Source: a virus
Strand: one strand, 5' to 3'
DNA: 58,479 bases
Virus record (IMG/VR): IMGVR_UViG_3300005829_000002
Coordinates: 1 to 58,479 of that record
The translations under genes and the position numbers were made by a program. Below the pieces are notes generated by a model, which saw nothing but the letters and a program-made list of their open reading frames with translations, was not told where the DNA came from and did not search any database. Position 1 is the stretch's first letter, and the number at the start of each line of letters is the position of its first letter. Of this stretch, positions 18,812 to 28,990 are shown piece by piece.

Positions 18812-19635
18812 TGCTAATTGACCGCACATATTTCGTTGGAGAATTGAATATACCCAACACTTCACAGGCTGCCATTGGTAGCCTGACTGATCTTTTTATT
18901 GAGAAATATGAAGATCAGTTCTTGCGTGAGGTGTTGGGATATACTCTTTCAAAAGCATTAAAGGCCGGGCTGCAAATTATTCCAGTTGCTCAGAAATGGA
19001 CTGATCTTATAGAAGGAGTAGAGTATACTAACTTATCAGGAAAAACAAAATATTGGAAAGGATTAGTATCTCAGCCACCAACTGTATTGAATGCCCTAGA
19101 TGCCCTCAATACAATATCAATTAAAGTGGGAGCGGGAGGAACTTACGATCCGATAACCGGAAGTAATAGCACAACTATTCCTGCTGCATTGATAGGTAAG
19201 GATTTCATTTTGGAGCAAAGAGGTGTAGGGCAGTTATTGACTTCAGAGTATAGTATAGTTGGCAACATACTGACGCTCACAAGCGGGCAGTTTTCGGTCA
19301 ATGATATCTATATCTACAAGTCGGTAACACTTGCAATTAACACCAGCACTGGAACTAACAAAAGCAGTCCCATTGCCAACTACGTTTATTATTGGTTTAT
19401 GCGAAATAATTATACGCAGACATCGACAATGAGCGAAGTTAAAGCAACCAACGAAAATGCGGCTATTGCTAATCCATCATTGAAAATGGTTCGCGCATGG
19501 AACGAAATATCACAATCGATTTGCGAATTAGTTGATTATCTAGATGCAAAGAAAGATGATTACACGCAGTGGGCAGATCAAGACGTTTGGTGCATGCGTA
19601 AAAAATTCAGGCCGATCAATGAGTTTAATATCTGA
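18811..19635 (+). CDS. virion structural/head-tail protein (unassigned)
   Basis: Called from position. ATGA-type junction with the capsid gene. Confidence 0.45.
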   Translation: MLIDRTYFVGELNIPNTSQAAIGSLTDLFIEKYEDQFLREVLGYTLSKALKAGLQIIPVAQKWTDLIEGVEYTNLSGKTKYWKGLVSQPPTVLNALDALNTISIKVGAGGTYDPITGSNSTTIPAALIGKDFILEQRGVGQLLTSEYSIVGNILTLTSGQFSVNDIYIYKSVTLAINTSTGTNKSSPIANYVYYWFMRNNYTQTSTMSEVKATNENAAIANPSLKMVRAWNEISQSICELVDYLDAKKDDYTQWADQDVWCMRKKFRPINEFNI

Positions 19636-19637
19636 CT

Positions 19638-20159
19638 ATGGATGAAACTATATATATAGTAGAGGAAATGGAAGCCATAGTTGCTAAGGTCAATACAGCA
19701 TTGACCGCCGCAAACTTCGGCACCACGCCTGTATACTATATGTATGGTCATCCTAAGGAGATAGCAATAAGATTGCAGGAGCTTTCGAATAGCCCCAGCG
19801 AGGGCAGCAAAAAGTTCCCACTGATTATTCTATTCACAGATATAACAATTGACCGGTCATTAGTTGGTTTCTATGGGTCGACATCACTGAGGATGCTTAT
19901 AGCAAATTTCACTTTGGCCGAGTACACCTCCAACCAAAGGACTGATATAAACTTCAAGCCTATTCTTCATCCTATCAAAAAGGAATTGATAAACCAAATT
20001 GACAGGCATATTCGATTCACTTATGATGATGACTTGACTTATAAAGAAACTGATATGTACTATTACGGTAGCCAGATCAATGACAAAAATATTTTCAATG
20101 ATAGGATCGATGCAATTGAACTAAGAGATATTAAGCTGAACATCAAAAACAAATGTTAA
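19638..20159 (+). CDS. virion structural/head-tail protein (unassigned)
   Basis: Position only. Confidence 0.45.
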   Translation: MDETIYIVEEMEAIVAKVNTALTAANFGTTPVYYMYGHPKEIAIRLQELSNSPSEGSKKFPLIILFTDITIDRSLVGFYGSTSLRMLIANFTLAEYTSNQRTDINFKPILHPIKKELINQIDRHIRFTYDDDLTYKETDMYYYGSQINDKNIFNDRIDAIELRDIKLNIKNKC

Positions 20160-20176
20160 CTTTTTAATTCATAACA

Positions 20177-21133
20177 ATGGCAACACTTAATAAACCATTA
20201 TGCGCTACTAACTATGGTAACACAGGCGTGGGTGATTGTTTTTTGGAACCCGACAAATTCATTGGTTCCATACAGGTGCCATCAAATTTTCAGATCGCGC
20301 AAAGCGATGTAGCGGGATTATTGGCTTTCCTGGAAACAAAGATCCATGCAGCTATCGGTACACGTATTTTCCCTGGTCCGAAGCTGATAAGCCTTACCGA
20401 TAATTCAGAAGACAGTACAATCAATACCACTGATTACGGAGATAAGATTTTCGTAAAAGATGGTTTTTATGATTGGACTTTCCGTTATCAGAAAGGCGGC
20501 GTACAGCTTCACCAGGAGCTGGCAAAGAACCAGGGGGCAAACAAGTTCTTTTTGTTCTTCGACAAGAACAATAAACTGTATGCGTACAAGTCCGGCGGTG
20601 TCCTTAAGGGTATACCAGTTGATCAGTACCGCGTACCACCATGGAGATTGAATACCGGTTCCGAAGCTGCGCTGTACAACCAGCGGTTTATCATCGACCC
20701 TATTTATTTAAACCAGGGCAATCTCGGCTTTTTGGAGATCGAGGATTTCAACCTCCTTGACCTGGCCGGGCTGCAGGACGTTGAGCTTACCATTCTCGAT
20801 CAGGCAGCCAATGTGGCAACAGTTCAGGTGCGTAGCAAGATCAGTGACGTGAACCTGTATGACGCTTATAAAACGAACCTATTGCAAACCACAGCATGGA
20901 GGTTCTTTAAATCGAGCGGAGTGCTGAACAGCGTAACTGGCGTGGCCGATAATGCCGCTGATGAAGCGTTCGACGTAACGGTTAATGCGCTTGCATATGC
21001 ACAGGAATATGATGGAGCAGAAACAACAATCAAGTTGGCAATCCCTTCTGTTTTAAAAGCTGCTCCAATATCAATGTCAGGCTTCGAAGATAAAGATGGC
21101 GTATCCTTCTTTATAGAATCCGCATCCAGTTAA
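20177..21133 (+). CDS. putative major tail protein
   Basis: 318 aa, last large gene before the chaperone-sized ORFs and the tape measure. Position only. Confidence 0.4.
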   Translation: MATLNKPLCATNYGNTGVGDCFLEPDKFIGSIQVPSNFQIAQSDVAGLLAFLETKIHAAIGTRIFPGPKLISLTDNSEDSTINTTDYGDKIFVKDGFYDWTFRYQKGGVQLHQELAKNQGANKFFLFFDKNNKLYAYKSGGVLKGIPVDQYRVPPWRLNTGSEAALYNQRFIIDPIYLNQGNLGFLEIEDFNLLDLAGLQDVELTILDQAANVATVQVRSKISDVNLYDAYKTNLLQTTAWRFFKSSGVLNSVTGVADNAADEAFDVTVNALAYAQEYDGAETTIKLAIPSVLKAAPISMSGFEDKDGVSFFIESASS

Positions 21134-21324
21134 TGACCGTCATAATCGATAATACCGGCTTCAGTGTTGAACATTGGAGCCGGTTTAACGAGGCAGATTT
21201 CATTAAGCAGGCGATGAAAGAAATGTTTTTTAAACAATATTCTAATGAAATAAGGCGAGAACTTTTAAAGCAAGCGTATCAAATTATTCAGAATGACGCT
21301 ACACGAATTACAACGACGATTTAA
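21133..21324 (+). CDS. hypothetical protein
   Basis: 63-aa ORF in the tail module. Confidence 0.35.
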   Translation: MTVIIDNTGFSVEHWSRFNEADFIKQAMKEMFFKQYSNEIRRELLKQAYQIIQNDATRITTTI

Positions 21325-21730
21325 AGGCTTTGAACTAATTAATGAAGTTCAGGAGGCGGTTATTGAAACATCCAACGATATCATTACCCTGAATCAGGGA
21401 CAGATGTCGTTAGGTGTTCGTTCAGATAATACTGAAATCACGCCAACCTATTCGGATTTAACGATTTCAATTAAGGAGGAAAAAGGCCAGGAATCAAGAT
21501 GGGTTACACTCAGGGATACCGGCTCGTTCTGGTCCGATATGTTTGTTGATGTTGGCAATAGTTCGTATGAAGTTGGTTCGGCTGATACTAAAACCGCTAA
21601 ACTAGAAAAGAAATACGGCAAAAAGATTTTTGGATTAACTAAGGATAGCAAAAGTGAAGAATATATACCTCTGCATTTATTGCCAAAAGTTCAAGATAGT
21701 ATAACTAAAAAACTTGGTTTCAAATTCTGA
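21293..21730 (+). CDS. hypothetical protein (tail assembly chaperone position)
   Basis: 145 aa, upstream of the tape measure. Confidence 0.4.
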   Translation: MTLHELQRRFKGFELINEVQEAVIETSNDIITLNQGQMSLGVRSDNTEITPTYSDLTISIKEEKGQESRWVTLRDTGSFWSDMFVDVGNSSYEVGSADTKTAKLEKKYGKKIFGLTKDSKSEEYIPLHLLPKVQDSITKKLGFKF

Positions 21731-21734
21731 TAAC

Positions 21735-21944
21735 ATGAGTGGTTGCCCAGGTTGTTTAATAAGTGAGCGAGAACGTCAGGAATTAATTGATCAAAAAGAG
21801 AATGAAGCGAAACAACATGCTATCGCGGATCAAAAAATATATATCCTCTATAATTTACCGGACGGAAAGGTCTCCTACATGTCAGCAGATGCCGCCCGCA
21901 CAGCAGGTATTACCCCCATCAAATATATATCGTTCGTGCAGTAA
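21735..21944 (+). CDS. hypothetical protein
   Basis: ATG at 21735 (MSGCPGCLISERE...). The track start at 21714 is TTG. Confidence 0.35.
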   Translation: MSGCPGCLISERERQELIDQKENEAKQHAIADQKIYILYNLPDGKVSYMSADAARTAGITPIKYISFVQ

Positions 21945-21951
21945 GCTTTAT

Positions 21952-22527
21952 ATGCCCGCCTTTCTAGATGCGTTATGCGATGATGATTTAAATTCATTAC
22001 TAATAAACGGCAAGGCTTTACAAGACCAATTAACGCAAGCCTGGCTCATTATCCTTTCTGAATTCTATGAACTACGTGGAGATGGAATTGATGGCAATGA
22101 ACAGTGGTCATTAAGCCGGGATATTCAGAAGTTAAATAATCACTTAAATATATTGGATTCATGCGTGAAGTTTCTTTTAGAACAATATAGTGAATCTATT
22201 GCCGATAGTGTACGAAAGTTAGGGTATTCATTTAGGCCCTCCTCCTTTGAGCCGGTAGATTATATCGATCAACTCAATGACGTTGTAAATAAAAGCAAAA
22301 CAAAGTATATCCAGCTAAAGCAATTGATCAAGCAGCTTGAAAGAAAGATGACGGAAGCGGGCCAGGAAAAGCCAAAGCGAGAAACCTTTGAACGCAACCT
22401 GTTACACTTTGAAGAAATGCAAGGGGCTTCTTATAACATGGATGAATTAACGGTGAGCAAATACGTTATGCTTGAAAAAAAGTATGAACAAAAGATTGAA
22501 CAATTAAAAATGCTGCATGCCAAATAG
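21952..22527 (+). CDS. hypothetical protein (tail assembly chaperone position)
   Basis: ATG at 21952 (MPAFLDALCDDD...). Immediately precedes and overlaps the tape measure gene. Confidence 0.45.
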   Translation: MPAFLDALCDDDLNSLLINGKALQDQLTQAWLIILSEFYELRGDGIDGNEQWSLSRDIQKLNNHLNILDSCVKFLLEQYSESIADSVRKLGYSFRPSSFEPVDYIDQLNDVVNKSKTKYIQLKQLIKQLERKMTEAGQEKPKRETFERNLLHFEEMQGASYNMDELTVSKYVMLEKKYEQKIEQLKMLHAK

Positions 22528-25500
22528 TGACCGCATAGAAACGCTTATATCACCGGAAGCGCTCAAGCAATTTGAGCAGTTAAAGGCGTCTACAGATGCT
22601 AATACCGCCAGCTTTGAAAAGCTAATTGCAAAATCTGTCGAGTTGAATAAGGCAGTTGGTAATGCTTCTACCTTCAAAGAGATAAATAAGGCAACCGTTG
22701 AAATGACGGATAATGAAAAAGCATTGGCGAAGCAGATAGATGAACTGGCAAAAGCAAATGCGAAGCTGCAGACATTATATAGCGATGAAGCAAAGAAAAT
22801 TGCGGAGATTAAAGTGCAGCAACAGGAGCAAAATAAAGTCCTTAAAGACCAGGCAAAAGAGGCATTAGGACTGGTTGGCGCTTATGATAAATTAACCAAA
22901 GAATATAACGATGCCGCTAAGGCTGCCAAAGATCTGGCTGCGCAATTTGGCGCGCAAAGCAAACAGGCAAAAGAAGCCAGTGCCCGAGCGCTTGAATTGG
23001 ACGCACGTCTAAAGGCAGCAGACGCGAACGTAGGCCGGTTCAATAAGAATGTAGGTAATTATAGCGGGGCCCTGAATACCTTAAAAAGCGCATTACAGGA
23101 CGTATCGAAGAAGATAGATGATAATACCAAATCGGGACAACAGAACGAGGCGGTGATGCAAGCCCTACAAAAAGAACAGGGATTATTACAATCTCTTATA
23201 GATACTCAATCTAAAGGTTTCGCAAACGCAACCGGTGAGATCAGGAATAACCAACAGGCTATATTGCTTTTATCGCAGGTATACGGCGAAGACAGTGCAG
23301 TTGTAACAGAGCTAACCGCTAAGACAGCTCACCTTGCCGATACCGTGAGCGATATGAAGGCGACAATAAAAGCTCAGGCAAGTGACACCCATGTATTTGA
23401 TGGGCTTATAGGAGCGGCTCAGGGCCTGGTAGGCGTTTATTCGGTTGCACAAGGAGCCGCTGCATTATTTGGCGATGAGAATCAGGAGCTACAAAAAACA
23501 TTTGTCAAACTTCAGGCAGTAATGTCGGTATTGCAGGGATTACAGGCGATACAAAATGCATTACAAAAAGAAAGCGCTGCAAGGCAGCTTATTAATTTAG
23601 GGCTTCAAAGAGTGGCAAATGTGCAGACCACTTTGCAAACTGCCCTTGAATCAAAAAATATCGTTGTAAGATATGCGGCCATTGTAGCGCAGAAGGCGCT
23701 AAATGTAGCCATGTCGGCAGCAGGGGGACCTATACTTGCAATAATAGGACTAGTTGCACTTATGGTCATTTCGTTAAAATCATTTGGTGCAGAAGCGGAT
23801 AATGCCGCACGATCAATAGAGCGATTAAGTTTCCAATTTGAGGCAAATTCCAAATTGCTTGAGGACGATGTGGATGCCACAAAACAAGTTACAGATAAGG
23901 CTATCGCTGAAATGGAATACAGAAATGAATCAGAATCGGCAATTAGGGTTCGTATGTTCCAGGGAATGCAGGAGGAGTTAGCTAAAAGAAAAGCATTCAA
24001 TGAAAAAAATTCTTATCTATACGATGAGGCAGACAAGACAATCCGAGCATTCATAAAAAAAGGAGGTGCACGAGTTGATTTGCAAGGTAATATTTTAAAG
24101 GAAGGCAAAAAATTAACGGATGAAGAAAATGCAACTTTAGATAATGCCATTAAAATAAGGGATCAATATAATGAAAGCCAGCAAAAACAATTTGATCTTG
24201 AAAGAAGTATTGATATCACAAGGCTTAGGTTTTTAAAACAAACAAATGATGATATTGCAAAGGTAGATCAGAACAACATAGAGGTTCAAAAAATTAATCT
24301 TCAAACAAGATTACAGCTTCAACAATCAATTGCCGGCAATGAGCGCAAAACGCAATCAGAGCGTATTGCTGCGCTGCAGGAATCGGCCAGAATTCAAAGG
24401 CAATTAATAAACGCTGATGCTGATAGTAAACGATTGACACCAGGATTAACTTCTTCTCAAATTAATATCATTGAAACTCAGCGTAATTCCTCATTAATTC
24501 AGGCGCGCCGGGAATCAAACAAAGCAATCGAGGATCTTAACCGATCATATGCAGAGCGCGAACGTAAAGCCAGGTTTGACATTATTAAAACAGAAATTGA
24601 AGATCAAATCAAAGCTGATGATCTTATTGTTCAAAACGAAAAAAACGGTTTTGATAAGCGTCTTAATGCGCTATATGACGGTTATACAAAACGCCGCGAT
24701 ATCGTTATCGCTCAACACGATCTTGATATAAAGAATGATACGCTGACTGCTGAAGAAAGAATCGCTATTGAAAAGAAATATGCTAGTGATATCAATGGGC
24801 TTACTATCGAATATGGGTTGCAGCAGCAACAACTTTATCAGCAAAATCAGGATGCGGTAAATGCAATTATCGAGAACGGGCAGCAGGGAAGGCTGGACAG
24901 AATATCAACAGAACAGGCTAATGAGCTTACCGAATTAGATAAACAATTCCGGGCCGGGAAGATCAGCGTGGAAGAATATGGCAGGGAACGGGCGAATATA
25001 GAACAGAGGTATGCGATAATCTCTTTAAAGCAAGAGGTAGATAACGCGACTGCAAAAGTGCTTGCTACTAAAGAAGGAACGGCCGAACGTTTTGCAGCAG
25101 AGAAAGAATTGGCAGAAAAAACTCTGGCGCTTAACGACGAAGTAACTAAAAAGCAAATTGAGGCGCAGCAGAAGTTATCGGACTTGAAAAAACAGTTGGT
25201 ATCTGAATCTTTTGATGCTATTTCTTCTATTCAAAATGCTCAATTCGATAAAGAATCACAGTCTATTCAGAGACAGATTGATCAAATTGATATACAAAAG
25301 CAAAAGGATATTGATGCGGCAAATGCATCAATTGAGACCGCCGATCAAAAGGCGAATGCTGTTGCTAAAATTGAGGCTAAGGCGCAGCAAAAAAAAGAGG
25401 ATTTAGAGAGAAGGCAGCGACAAATTGAATTAGAAAGGGCAAAGTTTGAAAAGGCCGCAAATATTGCGCAGATAATTGCATCCACCGCGGCGGCGGTTAT

Positions 25501-25990
25501 TGAGGCATTAAAAACATACAAGGGTACTCCGCAGGCTTTTGCCATTGCGGCAACTATAGGCGCAATTGGTGCAATTAATTTGGCAAAGGCGATAGCAACT
25601 CCTTTACCAAAGTTCGAGCACGGTACGGATGATGCACCTGGTGGGTTGGCATTGGTGTCCGAAAGGCGTCGGGAGTTAGTTATAACACCAGATGGCAAGA
25701 TGATGCAAACACCTTCGGTTCCAACTGTGATGAATATTCCAAAGCATTCTATCGTACTACCGGATGCGCGCGCGGCACTTGAAAGCGGGCTTGCTGTTAA
25801 CCGGCAAGGTCGGCTGGTTCAGCATGGGGATATTGATATAAAAGAAGTGGGAAGAAAGATAGACACATTGACAAAAGTAATGCGTAATAAACCTGTTCTA
25901 AACATGAGTGCAACGGAATCCGGATTTACAGCAATATGGAACTATGGGGCTAACTGGGTTTCATACGCAGAAGATCAAACAAGATTTTAA
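22517..25990 (+). CDS. tail tape measure protein
   Basis: 1157 aa, dominated by coiled-coil Q/A/K/E repeats, with a hydrophobic segment (GGPILAIIGLVALMVISL). Confidence 0.85.
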   Translation: MPNSDRIETLISPEALKQFEQLKASTDANTASFEKLIAKSVELNKAVGNASTFKEINKATVEMTDNEKALAKQIDELAKANAKLQTLYSDEAKKIAEIKVQQQEQNKVLKDQAKEALGLVGAYDKLTKEYNDAAKAAKDLAAQFGAQSKQAKEASARALELDARLKAADANVGRFNKNVGNYSGALNTLKSALQDVSKKIDDNTKSGQQNEAVMQALQKEQGLLQSLIDTQSKGFANATGEIRNNQQAILLLSQVYGEDSAVVTELTAKTAHLADTVSDMKATIKAQASDTHVFDGLIGAAQGLVGVYSVAQGAAALFGDENQELQKTFVKLQAVMSVLQGLQAIQNALQKESAARQLINLGLQRVANVQTTLQTALESKNIVVRYAAIVAQKALNVAMSAAGGPILAIIGLVALMVISLKSFGAEADNAARSIERLSFQFEANSKLLEDDVDATKQVTDKAIAEMEYRNESESAIRVRMFQGMQEELAKRKAFNEKNSYLYDEADKTIRAFIKKGGARVDLQGNILKEGKKLTDEENATLDNAIKIRDQYNESQQKQFDLERSIDITRLRFLKQTNDDIAKVDQNNIEVQKINLQTRLQLQQSIAGNERKTQSERIAALQESARIQRQLINADADSKRLTPGLTSSQINIIETQRNSSLIQARRESNKAIEDLNRSYAERERKARFDIIKTEIEDQIKADDLIVQNEKNGFDKRLNALYDGYTKRRDIVIAQHDLDIKNDTLTAEERIAIEKKYASDINGLTIEYGLQQQQLYQQNQDAVNAIIENGQQGRLDRISTEQANELTELDKQFRAGKISVEEYGRERANIEQRYAIISLKQEVDNATAKVLATKEGTAERFAAEKELAEKTLALNDEVTKKQIEAQQKLSDLKKQLVSESFDAISSIQNAQFDKESQSIQRQIDQIDIQKQKDIDAANASIETADQKANAVAKIEAKAQQKKEDLERRQRQIELERAKFEKAANIAQIIASTAAAVIEALKTYKGTPQAFAIAATIGAIGAINLAKAIATPLPKFEHGTDDAPGGLALVSERRRELVITPDGKMMQTPSVPTVMNIPKHSIVLPDARAALESGLAVNRQGRLVQHGDIDIKEVGRKIDTLTKVMRNKPVLNMSATESGFTAIWNYGANWVSYAEDQTRF

Positions 25991-25992
25991 AG

Positions 25993-28044
25993 ATGCAAGG
26001 AAAAGATTTCATATATTTTCTTTTTGATGAAAACAATAACAGCTATTACCAATATGGTGATACCGTATTACTTTCTGCATCCCTGAAGCCATTGGAATTT
26101 ACACCCGATGGATGGAAGAAAATTCAAATCCAGAACCAAAGAAACCAAACATACTTTGCGATTGATCGAAGTTTTACGGTGCCATTAGAATATGTGAAAG
26201 ATGGAGCTCAAATTCTAAAACACATATATTATAATTTTGGCGTAGAGGCAAAGGTATACATGTCCGTTTGTGAACAACGATTATTTTTAGACGCAACAAA
26301 TTACGGGTTCTACTACACGCTTCTTTATCGTGGTGAAATTGATCTTGCAAACTTCAAACATGATAGCACTAAAGTAACGGTTAATATCATGGAAGGTGGT
26401 ATGGTTAAACTGATCAAGGCATATGAGAATACTAAATATGAAATACCAGTAGACGTTGACGATGCCATTGATATTTTAATGGATGGTGTTGAGCTTAAAA
26501 AAGGCGGCACATATAGTGTTATAGAAGGACAATTATCAGGATCTGGGTTAGTTACGCATTCTGTCCCCATATTGTTTTTAAACGAGGAAGGCGTAGAGGT
26601 TGGAGTATTATTCGACAGTCAATCATTTGGAGATACAGACCCGAGAATTATAAGGAATGAATCTGGAACCCCTATCACATTTACGCTTGTTGGGTCAATA
26701 AAATTTAAAGTTGAGTATGCGGCTGACAAGTATCAATTATTAATTAGAAAAAAGAAGGCTGACAATTCTTTTTTAACATTATTCGATTCAGGGCAAATAA
26801 GCGTTTCTTTAAATACGGTTTACGAAATACCATTTTCTTTAACCATAACACTTGATAATAACGAACAATTATTTTTTAACGGAAAGGACTTGGCGAATGT
26901 TTCTCCATCAAATTTGCCAAACCTTCGTTTGACTTATTTTGAAACTGATATTTCTGTAAAGTTTGATTTCAGATATAGATCCACCACAATCAAAGCCCTT
27001 CGCCCGCTCTATGTTTTCCAACAATTAATTTCCAAGATGTCTGATGGGGCATTTGTGCCTCAGTCAACATACCTGGATACAATTAAAGATGTGCCAATTA
27101 CATGCGGAGATGCAATACGAGGAATAACCGGCGCAAAGATTAAAACCAGTCTACGCGACTTCTTTACCTCATATAATAGTGATTTTGGAATAGGTATGGG
27201 CATGATCGGTGCAACCCTACGCCTGGAAGAAAAAGCATATTTGGTTCAGTACGCAGACTTCATTGACCTGGGGGAGGTAAGTAAAATGAAGGTTTCACCG
27301 GCTACCGACTTGTTGATAAACAATATTAAGATTGGTACACCAAATCAAAATTACGATGATGTAAACGGGAAACAGGAGTTCAATACAACTCATGAATATT
27401 CGGCACCCATTACCCGCATTGCAAAAGACCTGAATCTTATAAGTGTTTATCGAAAAGATTGCTACGGCATTGAGTTTACCCGGTTAAACCTTGATGGGAA
27501 AACGACCACTGATAACGATAGTGATAATGACGTGTTCATGATCCACATTGAGGATACACAACAGGGAGACGGGTTTTATCACCTGGATCGTAATTTAAAT
27601 ACCGGAGCTACTGGATTACTTACTCCTTCAACGGTATTCAATTTGTATCTAACACCTGCGCGAGCGCTCAGACGCAACGGCAATTATATCCGATCCTTAT
27701 TTTACAAACTCGAACATAAGTACCTGAAATTCCAAACGACAGATAAAAACGATGCGGTTGTATCCGGCGGCATTACCGAAAGAGACGATATTGAAATTGC
27801 TTCTCTTGATCCTGCATTATTTAGTTGCAACTATTTGGAATTTGAAACTAAAGTGCCACTTAATTACCTGGAATTATTAAACGCTAATCCATTGAAAGCA
27901 TTCAAGGGCACGTGGGCAGGATTCTCGTTCATAGGAATTCCCGATAAAGTTTCCGTACAGCCTGGTGATAATGGCTCACAGACGTTTAAGTTATTAGCAA
28001 GCCCTGATACACCATTACTTCCTTTAATTACAATCGATGGGTAA
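25993..28044 (+). CDS. distal tail / tail tip protein
   Basis: 683 aa, directly after the tape measure. Confidence 0.5.
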   Translation: MQGKDFIYFLFDENNNSYYQYGDTVLLSASLKPLEFTPDGWKKIQIQNQRNQTYFAIDRSFTVPLEYVKDGAQILKHIYYNFGVEAKVYMSVCEQRLFLDATNYGFYYTLLYRGEIDLANFKHDSTKVTVNIMEGGMVKLIKAYENTKYEIPVDVDDAIDILMDGVELKKGGTYSVIEGQLSGSGLVTHSVPILFLNEEGVEVGVLFDSQSFGDTDPRIIRNESGTPITFTLVGSIKFKVEYAADKYQLLIRKKKADNSFLTLFDSGQISVSLNTVYEIPFSLTITLDNNEQLFFNGKDLANVSPSNLPNLRLTYFETDISVKFDFRYRSTTIKALRPLYVFQQLISKMSDGAFVPQSTYLDTIKDVPITCGDAIRGITGAKIKTSLRDFFTSYNSDFGIGMGMIGATLRLEEKAYLVQYADFIDLGEVSKMKVSPATDLLINNIKIGTPNQNYDDVNGKQEFNTTHEYSAPITRIAKDLNLISVYRKDCYGIEFTRLNLDGKTTTDNDSDNDVFMIHIEDTQQGDGFYHLDRNLNTGATGLLTPSTVFNLYLTPARALRRNGNYIRSLFYKLEHKYLKFQTTDKNDAVVSGGITERDDIEIASLDPALFSCNYLEFETKVPLNYLELLNANPLKAFKGTWAGFSFIGIPDKVSVQPGDNGSQTFKLLASPDTPLLPLITIDG

Positions 28045-28981
28045 CCAGATATACATACCATTTCTCAACCCTGTTAGATTCGTTGAACTTGACCCGGTTG
28101 AGTTGCCGCAATATCTTACAAAACACTTTGATGATTATTGGGCAAGTGAGCAATTGCAGTCTTATGAAACCGTTGTAAATTTCAAACAGAAGTATCAAAC
28201 CAGCGATACGATATATCTTCAGTTCGAAAGCAACTTTGCATCCATTCAGATGTCGGTTATCGACTGCGAACAAACGGCCTTACTCACGCAGGCGGCAACG
28301 CAAGTACGCGCTAATTTGTATATGCCCGGATATTATGTTTATGAAATCACATTAAGCCTTGCGACATTCACTTCAGTTGATATCATATGGTTAAAATTAA
28401 GCCTTGGGCTTGGTAGTAAGTTCATGATCAGCGAACCAATACAACTTGCTGAAACATGGCCAGGAACAATTTTATTTCAATATAACAATTCAAAGTACCA
28501 TGGTGATGTGATCTTCGAAACGGGAATTGTCTTTGGGCTTCGAAGTGAGGCAGTTATTCGGCGCCTCGATCCGGCCAATGAACGCACTGCCTATCGAGAT
28601 CAGAAATTAAATCCATCAACATTAAAGGTTCGACCATTCCGTGCTTGGGAGTTGGGTATTGGTCATCATGAAGGTGTCCCGGATTGGATAATTGATAAAC
28701 AGAATTGGATATGGAGTTGTGATAATGTATTGTGTGATGGTAAATCATTTGCAGTTTTGGAGGATAGTAAGTTTGAGGATAAAGAGATTAATCCCCAATA
28801 TCCTTTTCGTCATTGGACTTTAAGCATTCAGGAAGGCATTAACCGGGCGAGCAAAATAGTTGGAGTTGATGTGAATCCTAATAAAAAACTGCTTATTGTC
28901 TACCAAATAGATGGGACCGTATTTGGAGATTTAAGCTTGCAGGCTGGAAGTAATTTAGTACCTATAACATCAAGTGAATAA
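28037..28981 (+). CDS. tail tip/baseplate protein
   Basis: Position only. Confidence 0.45.
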   Translation: MGNQIYIPFLNPVRFVELDPVELPQYLTKHFDDYWASEQLQSYETVVNFKQKYQTSDTIYLQFESNFASIQMSVIDCEQTALLTQAATQVRANLYMPGYYVYEITLSLATFTSVDIIWLKLSLGLGSKFMISEPIQLAETWPGTILFQYNNSKYHGDVIFETGIVFGLRSEAVIRRLDPANERTAYRDQKLNPSTLKVRPFRAWELGIGHHEGVPDWIIDKQNWIWSCDNVLCDGKSFAVLEDSKFEDKEINPQYPFRHWTLSIQEGINRASKIVGVDVNPNKKLLIVYQIDGTVFGDLSLQAGSNLVPITSSE

Positions 28982-28990
28982 TATAAATAT

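Noticed and set aside
21787-21951. Open frame overlapping the end of 21735..21944, suggesting a programmed frameshift of the tail-chaperone G/GT type.
   Set aside because: The shift required is +1, not the canonical -1. The overlapping stretch translates to implausible sequence, and a normal ATG at 21952 follows the upstream stop. I found no slippery heptamer. Proteomics would settle it.
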